Virus record (IMG/VR): IMGVR_UViG_3300014205_000001
Span: 64,001-128,000 of that record
DNA from: a virus
Taxonomy: Duplodnaviria; Heunggongvirae; Uroviricota; Caudoviricetes
DNA length: 64,000 nt
Direction: 5' to 3' (one strand)
The notes under the pieces are model-generated. The model saw nothing but the letters and a program-made list of their open reading frames with translations. It was not told the DNA's origin and searched no databases. Both the position numbers and the translations under genes were made by a program. Shown piece after piece: positions 54,179 through 64,000 of the stretch (position 1 is the stretch's first letter; every line of letters begins with the position of its first letter).

Positions 54179-54270
54179 TAAGTTTAACTGCCTGACTATC
54201 AACAAGTTACTATAAATATAGTAATTTTTATTTTTTATCCCAAATAAAATGTTTAATTATGTAGTGTCAA
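54179..54270 (+). promoter_or_regulatory. Early regulatory module copy 4
   Basis: TATCAACAAGTTA at 54197-54209, GTTACTATAAATATAGTAA, core at 54247-54270. Confidence 0.8.
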
Positions 54271-54288
54271 ACATTAATAAAGTAAATC

Positions 54289-57200
54289 ATGGTAAAAGTA
54301 TATTCAACACCCGATAAAGAAATTCCACTTCCGAAACCCGATTATTCTAAATATGATCGCGAAAAGGAACAAGCAGCTGAGGATAAATATAAAGCTGACC
54401 TTGTAAAGTATCTTAACGAAAAAGGTTTTAAGGAACCTGAAACAGGTTACATTTTGAAATTCCAAGTAGGTGACGGTTATGCCGAGTACATGGTAGTATC
54501 AGTTACAAAACCTGCAGTGTTACACATCACACTTGGTGATGCCTGGGAATATGGAATTAATCGTTTTAGTAAAAAAGGTTTTGCTGACGAAATCAAAGCG
54601 CAAAAAAATTGGGAAGCAGCAGTTGAACGTATGACTAAAAAACAATAATCATGAACAATACAATCATTGTTGAAAAACACGAATTGGTCGATAATTGGCC
54701 CGGTAAACAAAACGCATACAAATGTATCGTATTAAATCCCGACAACACCAAAAGTGAAAAAATAATTCCTAAAGCCCAATGCGAATTGTTGATGTATTTC
54801 CTTACAATTCAACACAAATTATCACAGGCTGAAGTAACTAAATTTAAAACTTTAATTGAATCCTACGGCGACGAAAGATACTACGAAGCACAGTGCGATG
54901 CTTCAATGGACGACGCAGGTGAAGATATTTAATTGACGAACATGAACCTTAAACAATTAATATCTGATAACTCAAAACTACCAATAGGTAAAGAACGTAA
55001 ACAAAATTCAAAAATAATTTTACGAGAGTTAAAAAAACGTTTAAATCGTAAACCCGATTATTCATTAAGTCCTATTCAACAAATGCTTTCAAATATACAT
55101 CGTCACCCATCTAAACCAATAAAATGAAATTAGCAAGTTTTGATCGCAAAATTGCGATCGCGTATATCAAAACAGTTTGTCCTATCGGCAGAGAAATTTT
55201 TGATCAAGTACGAAGTGGCAGCCATGTCGTAAGTAAATATTCTGTGTTCGAAGTTAATTCAGATCAAGATCAAGTAGCTGAATTCGACCCGGAATATGAA
55301 GAGTATTGTTTTGACGTAAAACGCCCAGGTAAATATAGTCCTGAATATAAAATTTCGGATGTATATAAAAAATACGTGGAAAATTATTTTCGAACAAAAA
55401 TAAGTAATAAACCCAAAACGACTACATCAGTTAAATACCATACATGGTACAACAAAATGAAAGCCTTTGGCTTCACTCATAAAGAAATCACAACATTATT
55501 ATAATCATGAACCAACGTCCACAATTACTATTAAATTTCATTGTTGGATTACACAACAACGATGCAACTGAAAGAAACAGTTACAAATCTTGTCACATGA
55601 ATCGTCCCGGCATTTCATCCAAAACTTTATGGGATAAGTGTAAACATTTATATCCTGATGGGCGTTTCTTTAACAGCCAACATTTCATGCAGGACTGTCG
55701 TACTCTGGTTACATCCAATCAATTGGAATTTACGGGACAAAGTCGCGATCGTTTCTACTACTTGCCTGAAGTACATAAAACTCACTATACAATTCTGTAT
55801 CTGTGCGGCAAAGGTGACGAAAAAGTTGCAATCGCATTAATTCTTTTTGACAAAGAAACTACACTCATCAATTACGACAGTCATAAATTATTAAAAGCAA
55901 TCCAAGCTTTTAATTGTGACCGCGATAACATCGATAACACACTGACTGGCCTGTATCATTTAATTGATAATAAAATACCCATTGACTTCGTAAATTTATA
56001 TCAAACCAACAATAATCAAATCAAATATCTTAAACCTACACCGATCGATGTAGAAGTAACTCAAACAGTTTTCGATCAATTATACACTAAATTCATTTAA
56101 AAAAACCAAAAACATGAAAAAGAAATTGTTATTAGTAACCTCGAAAAATTTAGGCGACACCGGCAAAGTATCATTCGAATATCTTACAAAAGCTGATAAG
56201 GTGTGGGATAAATATCCTGAGTGCTGTTCAGGTCCGTGGGGTTATGCATGGAAAGACAAAAACAATTCCGAATCGGAAGTCATTCCTTTTAATTACTTTG
56301 GTAGTGGTAGTAACATTATCGCAGCTGCCTTTGGACAAAACCATGACGATAAATTGGTGGAAGACATGCCCGAATTTAGTAATATGTTATGCTCATTCGA
56401 AGCTGCCGAGTTAATTAAAAAACATTTGGGTGATAAAATGGAAGTCATCATCCATGTGCATCCTGAAACATTATTAACGTGTTATAATTAAAGATGCAAA
56501 GTCCTAAAACAGTTAAATCATTCCTGAAATTATGCTTAATACTAGCATACACGGATCGCGACGAATTGAAAGGTGTTACTTCCTTAACCAAAGAAGAGTA
56601 CATGAAATTAGGCGATATCCGTGCAGGGATTCAAAACGAATTAGGCATCAGTGATGAGTTATTAGAAAAGTATAAACTCAAATATAATTCCAATGGATAA
56701 AAAAAATACATACACTACAGGTTATTTTGGACGTGCATCTCAACGACCTGGAGGTGACGCAAGAACCACCCAGGTTCACATTTTAAGAAATGGTAAATGT
56801 TTATGTGGATATAAACCTCACAAAACAATGTTATTTCATTGGAACAGTAGTAATATTAATTTAGATTACGCCGAATGTCCCACGTGTGTAAGTAAAGGAC
56901 GTAATATTTTAAATCTACCCACAATTGATATAACATCACCTACACCCATTTTACAATTTATTCATTATCTGGGTAAAAAAATATTGTTTTTGGACCATAA
57001 CAATAATTGGAAACAAAAGAAAATGATTGGCATTAACATCGCAGATAAGACAATTACTGTAGTGGTTTTTTCCGAAATAAAAAGCACAGTAACCTATCCC
57101 TTAATCCATAAGGGCAGATTACGTTTTAAAATTAAATAATTCAACTACACTGCAAAACAACCCAGGCTCAGGTAATTTTTACCTGAGCTTTTTTATGCAT

Positions 57201-59442
57201 ATAATTGTAGTATCTAAAATTATTTACTACAATGAAAACAGCAGCAGAATTAATCCAATACATTAAGGACGAAAACTTAGAAGAACTATTCTTCAGCGAA
57301 GAAGATTTAAACGAAGAACTCACAGCTGAACAACGAGAATTTTTGGGCAAAGTCGAACTCAAAGATTACGCATGTAACAGTGATACCATGTACAGCGTCA
57401 TTCATTTGGAAGATCATAACGTCTTTCTAAAATTAGAAGGTGAATACGATTCTTACGGCGGAGGTGAACATGACTACTATCAAGGTATCAGTGAAGTAAA
57501 ACCTGAACAAACTACGATTACGATTTATAAATAAAGATAAAGATATGGAAAATATTACAAATATTTCTAAAATTGACATGGTCAGTTTCGATAAAAATCT
57601 GACACTGTATTTTACGACACGGACCAATATGTTACCCAATGATTTGTTGCGTGTTACAATTGCAGGCAAATTCTTCTTCTTTAAAGTAACCAATGTGATT
57701 ACAGAATCTGAATTGCAATTAGGTATTATTGCACAAGAAACAGGAAGCAAAAATCTCTCGAAAGATAAAAATTTGGATTTGCGTGACTTATTAGGAATCG
57801 AGATCGATTTGATTAAAGAACAGGACATCATCAACAATATTAATCAACAAGCAACTTGGTGCTAAATCCGCCTAAAATATCCTTTTCACATCATAGCATT
57901 CAACGCTATCAAGAACGCATTGAAAAAGGAAAGGTAGATGAAGACTATTTGTACCAGAAACTGATCTCCAATTTTATTCTGTGCACTGTGCTAAAAAATA
58001 AAGGACAAGGCAAATTTAATACGAAGAATTGTACGTTAGTGATTCAGGATTATACAGTCGTGACAATTATTCCTTTACAGAAAAAACTACGTAAACAATA
58101 CATCTCGACTTATCAACCACCCACAACACAATTACTGTTGAAACCGAAAAAGAAACTCACTAAATTTCAGCAACTGTATCAGTATTTCATTACTAAAATT
58201 AAATCATTTTCATGCTACCTGCAAAACTACATCTGACCGAAATCCAACGCTTTCACGATACATTGGACAAATTAAATAAAAGAATCGATCAAGAAAGCGA
58301 CGAAACTACACAAGGTATCTTATCCATGCATTACTACAAATTAGTCAAGTTATGGACCAAAATCGACGACTTTGTTGAATATACAGTTAAACAAGAATTG
58401 GATAATGTAGATCAGGAACTTAAAAAAGTAAAATAAAATATGACAGAACGAGAAATTGTCGAAGAAACAATCAACTATTACAATTCTAACAATCGAGCAA
58501 CGCGAGGTAATATGTGCGTATATAATACCAATGACGGTAAATGTTGTGCATTCTCCCGAATGGTCAAACCTGAAATACGACCCAAATTAATCGAAGGTAC
58601 TGGTGCCAATGAAAATTTACGTAAATTAGGAATGCATATCTTACAAGAACAATATCAAGGCCACAGTAATATCTTTTATAAATTCTTACAAGACTTACAC
58701 GATAAAAGTATCTATTGGAACGAATTTGGGATTAATCAAGCAGGACGAAAACGAGTCGAAATCTATTTCACGCGCGGCAATCTACTCGGTATACCCATAG
58801 AAAATGAAAAGTAACATTAACTACAGAACCTACGAAGGCTTCAAATACGATGCCTATATAGGCAAAAGTCTCTACATCGCAGATAAATGTTGTAGCGACA
58901 ATCAATATCGAATCAAAGAACATCTACTATTCAAAAACGAAGAAGGGATTCTCGGTCACGTAGGCGACGGCAGAATATGGGGTTTATGTTATCTCACCCA
59001 AACAGGACCCTATGCATTCAATCCCATCAAAGAATCAGAATTAATATTTAGCAACTTACATAATGCCTATTTCTACAAACATCAAGAACACCACTCACTC
59101 TTCCCTATAATATTAGGACAATTCTATTTCTTAATTAAAGGCAGAAAATTCTTAGGTACGTGGAAAGACACCGAAATACTACCCTTAACAAATCTCTTCA
59201 AAGAACGAAAATAAATAATGGAAATATATACGGCAAATAATAGTGTATTAATCACTTCAACCATTAAAGTTAAAGATAAAGTAATGGTAGTAATTGGAGA
59301 TGAATTTGATCAAGACAATTGGCAATATGGCGAAACATTCAAAGTAAAGAAAATCGTAACAGAACCTTATGGAACTTTCGCATATAAAAATAAGAAAGAA
59401 AACATCAACATCACCAAGATTATATCCTTAGAAAGACAGTAA
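54289..59442 (+). CDS. Array of about 16 small early hypothetical genes
   Basis: Tightly packed co-oriented ORFs; includes a DUF3037-like region in 55507-56100 and an SHHSIQRYQERI motif in 57856-58236. Confidence 0.55.
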
Positions 59443-59443
59443 T

Positions 59444-59576
59444 TTCAAGGCGGAAATCCGCCACCAAACGCCACGAATTTTGACCTTTTTTGACTTAACT
59501 GAATAAAACCTTTTAAATGCTTTCGCCATGCTAATTTCGTCACGTATACACGTAACATTCAAGGCGGAAATCCGCC
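59444..59576. repeat. Direct repeat of a 19-bp hairpin-forming unit
   Basis: TTCAAGGCGGAAATCCGCC at 59444-59462 and 59558-59576. Confidence 0.9.
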
Positions 59577-59945
59577 TCCAAATGCGACCAATTGCAACTT
59601 TCGTATCATAATGATGAGGTAACGGTTAGGCAAGTGTATACATAACATTCGACGACCTCACCTAGAGGCGTCGAAATGTGCACGAAAAATGCAGAGGTGC
59701 GTGTGATTGAAACATATACATGTACGTGTCTAGAGAATAAATTTTGTGTTTGCGCTTCTTAAAACTATCCTTTACTTTACAATCAATCGACATCCCAGGC
59801 TCAAGATAGTAATTCTGAATCTAGGAAATAAAGTTGCTATGAGATAGTAACTTTGACATATTGCTATAATACTTATTGAAGTTATGAACAATTGCTATAA
59901 TTTCGTCGTATATAATATAGCACTTTTATGTGAAAATACCCATAG

Positions 59946-60048
59946 TAAGTTTAACTATGTGGTTATCAAGTAGTTACTATAATATAGTAACTTTTAACAA
60001 TAAAAAGTTTTTTAGATACAAAATAAATGATTAATTATGTAGTGTCAA
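59946..60048 (+). promoter_or_regulatory. Early regulatory module copy 5
   Basis: TATCAAGTAGTTA, AGTTACTAT-AAT-ATAGTAACT, core at 60025-60048. Confidence 0.85.
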
Positions 60049-60091
60049 ACAATTCAACAGTATAACTGTTAAACTTTAAAACGAAAAACCT

Positions 60092-61055
60092 ATGTTATTA
60101 AATTCAAAACAATCCTTTACCATTTTAAGGTCAGAAATGGAGCAAGCTTTAAAAGCTATTGAAGTAAAGCATGGCATTAAGTTTAACATTCAAGGTGCCG
60201 GTATATCTTATGAAAGTCACGGTGGTGAATGTAGTATTAAGATCAAGGTGAATACTGCGGAAAAGCCGAAAGCAGCTGCGAATATGGAAGCTGAAATGGT
60301 GGAGCTGTATGGATTGAAAGGATATTTTGAAAAGCAAATTAAAACACATGATGGGCAGTTATTTATAGTATCGGGTATTAATACCAGGTGTCGTAAAAGT
60401 CCGGTTGTTTTAACTCGTCCCGGTGGTGGTCGTGGTGCAAAATGTTCTGTGGATTATGTAAAAAATCGTTGCAAATTGGTATCATAAAATACCGATTAAG
60501 GATTACGGTGAACATGGGTTTGTCCCTCCGCTGTAATCCTTTTACAAACCTTTAAAAATTAATCAAATGAAAGTAATAGGAATATTTGTATTGGTGATCT
60601 TGTTGTGGATGTTGTTTTCGTGGAAGACATTATTGATTGCAGGAGTAGTAACTTATTTAATCATTAAACTGAAATAAATCATGGAAAAATTTTTTATAAC
60701 CTATAACAATCCGGACAGTGAAAGTAATGGGCATCGTTTTCTCGTACGTGAAGATCAATATTATCCTAACCATTATTTAATAGCTGACGGTAAAAGTCAT
60801 GTGGGTGGTGGAACACTTGCGAAGAAATATTGCACTCGGGATTTTGATTTGAAACAAGTATTAACTTTCGAACAACTCAAACAATTCTTTTCACTTACAA
60901 CTGAATTTATTGTAAGTCGCGATGATAAAGATTTACCTGATACTTATAAAGTAACTTTGCGAAGTAGTTCACTGAGGATTTATCAACCTACATTACAAAC
61001 ACTTATCCGTCATATTCAGCAATTAAGTTGGAATGAAGCAAAAGGAATTAACTAA
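60092..61055 (+). CDS. Early genes 60092-60487 (paralog of 40784-41461) and 60681-61055
   Basis: Paralogy seen directly in the translations. Confidence 0.65.
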
Positions 61056-61146
61056 AAGTTTATTTGTTTGACTATCAAGGAGTTACTATATTATAGTAAC
61101 TTTTTGTTTTATATGTCATAAATAATGTTTAATTATGTAGTGTCAA
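61055..61146 (+). promoter_or_regulatory. Early regulatory module copy 6
   Basis: First 52 bp identical to copy 7; core ends at 61146. Confidence 0.85.
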
Positions 61147-61165
61147 ACAATTAAATACTATTATA

Positions 61166-62239
61166 ATGAAAAAAGAAACAATCAAACAACAAATGTACAA
61201 TTTAGTCCCAGCAGTATGTGATGCTATTGGTGGACATACAAGTGTGTTTCCCAGATATGACGGGATGGGTTTGGGAATACCTTATGCGCGTTGTCCTTAT
61301 ATGGTGGTTCGTAAATACGATCGTACACCGATGATCAAAGTAAGTGTAGGTATTTATTGTTTCAATAATTATCGTACCTTTATTATTCGTTATGTGGATA
61401 AAACATTACCTGAAGTATGTAAGATACTTGCTGATTGGTTTGTTTCAGTTGATCATAAATCCAATGTGAATCAATTAGAAAAATTTTTAAAAGAAACTTT
61501 TGGTACGGATATGCGTATCACTGATCAAGGTTTATCATAATTACTAATCTTTAAAACTTATAAAATGGAATATAATAACATTCGGTTGAATAAAACCATA
61601 GCAAATAAAATCGGTGCTTTTAAACCTAGCGAATTCGCAAAAAAAGGAGTGAAAGTAGGTGATTATCTTATCAGTTGTCACTTTGGTGATGTGATCTTAC
61701 TCACAGCTGAAAAAATGAAAAACTTAATCCAATGGGAAACAAAAGGCGTGTATTACGTCAAACCCACCAAACAAAATATTGATCAGGTGCGTGCGAAATA
61801 TAAGTTACAACAAACAATTGATAAGTTACGTGATCAGCGTGAAAAATTAATTGAAGATGAAAAGAAACTCGCAAAACAAATTCAAGGTAGTTTTGGAAAA
61901 GAAACTACATCGGATATTGTGTTGTTCATCCATGTTGATCGTGAAAATAAACGTCAACTAAAAGTAAAAGATGTGCCTGTTCTTGAAGGTCATGAGTTAC
62001 TTAATTTTGGAATCCGTTATGATCATCGTAAACAACCACATGGTGGTGAGGCTTTATATATTGCATTGATCCGTATTACTGGTTTAACATCCAAACAAAA
62101 TCTTGCACAGTATGGTGGATTGGTAAATAAAATTTTCGATAGTAAACGTTCAGGATTTGGTTATGCAAAAGATATTCAGGACACAGGTTACAAACCCGGC
62201 GAAAAGTTTGTGGATGGGATGACTACTGTGATTAAATAA
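61166..62239 (+). CDS. Early hypothetical genes (61166-61540, 61565-62239)
   Basis: ORFs between modules 6 and 7. Confidence 0.6.
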
Positions 62240-62245
62240 GGCACT

Positions 62246-62348
62246 AAAGTTTATTTGTTTGACTATCAAGGAGTTACTATATTATAGTAACTTTTTGAGC
62301 AAATAAATTTTCTAGATACAAAATAAATGATTAATTATGTAGTGTCAA
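62246..62348 (+). promoter_or_regulatory. Early regulatory module copy 7
   Basis: TATCAAGGAGTTA, AGTTACTAT-ATT-ATAGTAACT, core at 62325-62348. Confidence 0.85.
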
Positions 62349-62368
62349 ACAATTAAATACTTATTATC

Positions 62369-63016
62369 ATGAAATTATTCGATCAAATCCAAAAAAACTT
62401 TTCAATCGCAGCAGCGACTAAAATCCAAAAGCTTATTGTAGCTGAACTGAAAAAAGCAGGGTTCCAACCTAAACCTTCAAAAATTCTTTATCGTTACACT
62501 GACCCAGAATTTAAAATCGATCTTGTTGTCGATGGTAAAAAACAATGGCTGAGTTATAGTAACGTCGAATTAAGATTCGAACCCAGTTACAAAGAATTAA
62601 GTTACGGTAAACTTGCATCCCAAATTCGTAAAGAAATTTTGGAAGACGAACAAGCCAAAAAACGCGAAGCTGAAAAGAAAAAACTAAAAAAATCGCAAAA
62701 CGCACTTTTGGATACGCAACTGCCGATCAAACGTAAATACGAATTGGATGCGAAAACCAAGAAAGCTGTGGACAAAGCAGTGAAGTCAGGTAGCTTTAAT
62801 GAGTTCACTGATTTTATTAAAGGTAAAGCTTCCGTACAAGATTTTGGTGACTTTATTACTCACATGAACGAATTGGATGAACCGGAAGATGCAGCTGATC
62901 AAAAAGTAAAAGATAATTACACCGATGCGTTACACGCTTTAATTCCTTATCTGTTGAAATCAAAACAAATAACTAAGGAACAACACGAATGGTTACAGGA
63001 TGCTATTAATTGGTAA
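62369..63016 (+). CDS. Early hypothetical protein
   Basis: Main ORF between modules 7 and 8. Confidence 0.6.
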   Translation: MKLFDQIQKNFSIAAATKIQKLIVAELKKAGFQPKPSKILYRYTDPEFKIDLVVDGKKQWLSYSNVELRFEPSYKELSYGKLASQIRKEILEDEQAKKREAEKKKLKKSQNALLDTQLPIKRKYELDAKTKKAVDKAVKSGSFNEFTDFIKGKASVQDFGDFITHMNELDEPEDAADQKVKDNYTDALHALIPYLLKSKQITKEQHEWLQDAINW

Positions 63017-63123
63017 GTAATATGAAACTATTTAACTTCCTCAACTTTAGTTTCGAATTACAAGGTAATTCCATCCTATTATACAACTACAAAGGCAGGC
63101 TCTTTCACACATTCCCAGCAACG

Positions 63124-63225
63124 AAGTTTAACAGATTGATAGTCAATAAGTTACTATCTTAAAGTAACTTTTAACAAAAATAAATTTTCTAGATACAAAA
63201 TAAATGATTAATTTTATAGTGTCAA
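63124..63225 (+). promoter_or_regulatory. Early regulatory module copy 8
   Basis: TAACAGATTGATAGTCAATAAGTTA, AGTTACTATCTTAAAGTAACT, core variant AAATGATTAATTTTATAGTGTCAA. Confidence 0.8.
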
Positions 63226-63259
63226 ACAATTATAACATTAACTTTTAAAACCTATTATC

Positions 63260-64000
63260 ATGGAAAACAAAAACAACATTACACTGGAAAATTTATCACC
63301 TGCTGAACAACAACTAATTCTTTTACAAAGAGAAAAAGCAGAAATTGAAGCTAAGGAAAAAGCACAACAACTGCAAATCAAAACTGAAAAAGAAATCGCT
63401 GCCAAAAAAGTTGAAATGGCAAAATTCCTTGCTGATTGGCAACAACAAAACAATAAAGCACATTCATACTTAGGTGACCTTCAGGACATCGACCCAAGGT
63501 TCCAATTAGTAACTAAGGAACGTACACAAATCTTCGAAGTATATCACAACGATGACAGAGAAAGCGGTTATGCAAAAATCGTGGATTGGACCGAAGAAGT
63601 TAAATTCCTGGACCTTTCAATTATGCATACTGCATTGGAACGTAAAATTATTTTGATCCGTGAACACAGAGTATCTGACAGTCGCTATAGTTCACGCACT
63701 ACCAATCATGGTTACAAAATGACTTTCGATGAATATGGTGGACGTTACACTAAGGACCCAAAAAATATGGCATCCAAGTTCACTGAAATCCTGGAACAAA
63801 AAGCACGTGAACTTCGTGAAAAGAATACAGCTGCTACTGCACAAGAAATGGCAGACGCAAAATTAAAAGAACTCTACCCTACTGCAACCATTGAACATAA
63901 ATCGGAAAGGATTTATCCTAACAATTATGGTGGAAGTCGCCGTTACGATCAAAAGCCTTATGACAGCACTTGGTTCAATGTAGTATTTCCTAACGGTTAT
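63260..64000 (+). CDS. Early hypothetical protein, truncated by the window edge
   Basis: MENKNNITLENLSPAEQQ... open for 247 codons to the end of the window; not in the ORF track. Confidence 0.7.
   Translation, partial: MENKNNITLENLSPAEQQLILLQREKAEIEAKEKAQQLQIKTEKEIAAKKVEMAKFLADWQQQNNKAHSYLGDLQDIDPRFQLVTKERTQIFEVYHNDDRESGYAKIVDWTEEVKFLDLSIMHTALERKIILIREHRVSDSRYSSRTTNHGYKMTFDEYGGRYTKDPKNMASKFTEILEQKARELREKNTAATAQEMADAKLKELYPTATIEHKSERIYPNNYGGSRRYDQKPYDSTWFNVVFPNGY

Noticed and set aside
59444-59680. Mini CRISPR array
   Set aside because: Only two 19-bp copies with a 95-bp gap; no regular repeat-spacer period and no cas genes in the window.
41489-63225. Early modules as a CRISPR array or classical integron attC sites
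   Set aside because: They are separated by whole genes and sit 5' of starts like promoters. They lack attC R/L box architecture, and no integrase lies in the window.
1311-63453. Many short antisense or out-of-frame ORFs in the track (e.g. 1311, 11295, 17663, 29357, 33804, 44021, 45563, 57433, 63238)
   Set aside because: They are shadows of longer, better-supported genes, with no motifs or promoters of their own.
1-64000. Stop-codon reassignment as seen in some large Bacteroidota phages
   Set aside because: Recognisable genes are full length in code 11, and TAG/TGA end genes at sensible positions (e.g. 2430, 14088, 15116).

Overview
AT-rich, gene-dense 64 kb segment of a large (jumbo-type) T4-related myophage read in the standard genetic code. 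The A-rich translation starts lack Shine-Dalgarno motifs, which suggests a Bacteroidota host (inference). Positions 1-37 kb mix late/structural genes with replication, nucleotide, ADP-ribose and RNA-repair genes and a ClpP gene directly followed by a tmRNA. The structural genes include baseplate/tail-like proteins and two receptor-binding-like paralogs with a shared ~90-aa N-terminus; the replication genes include a gp32-like SSB and a RuvC-like nuclease. Positions 37-64 kb are a co-oriented run of small early-type genes. Most notable observations: (1) about ten unrelated late proteins share an N-terminal MITxINE(F/Y)R..(L/I)(N)E leader resembling the T4 capsid-targeting sequence, several carrying enzyme domains; (2) eight mosaic ~100-bp modules (IHF-consensus box, 21-bp palindrome, AATGWTTAATTATGTAGTGTCAA core) head the early gene blocks; (3) the tmRNA encodes an unusually long 36-codon tag ending ELV instead of LAA; (4) catalytically degenerate copies of a terminase ATPase, a capsid segment and a ligase are present; (5) a structured non-coding region at 59.4-60.1 kb is a candidate origin or terminus; (6) a probable programmed +1 frameshift links a tail/baseplate gene pair. 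All calls are by eye; no database searches were run.
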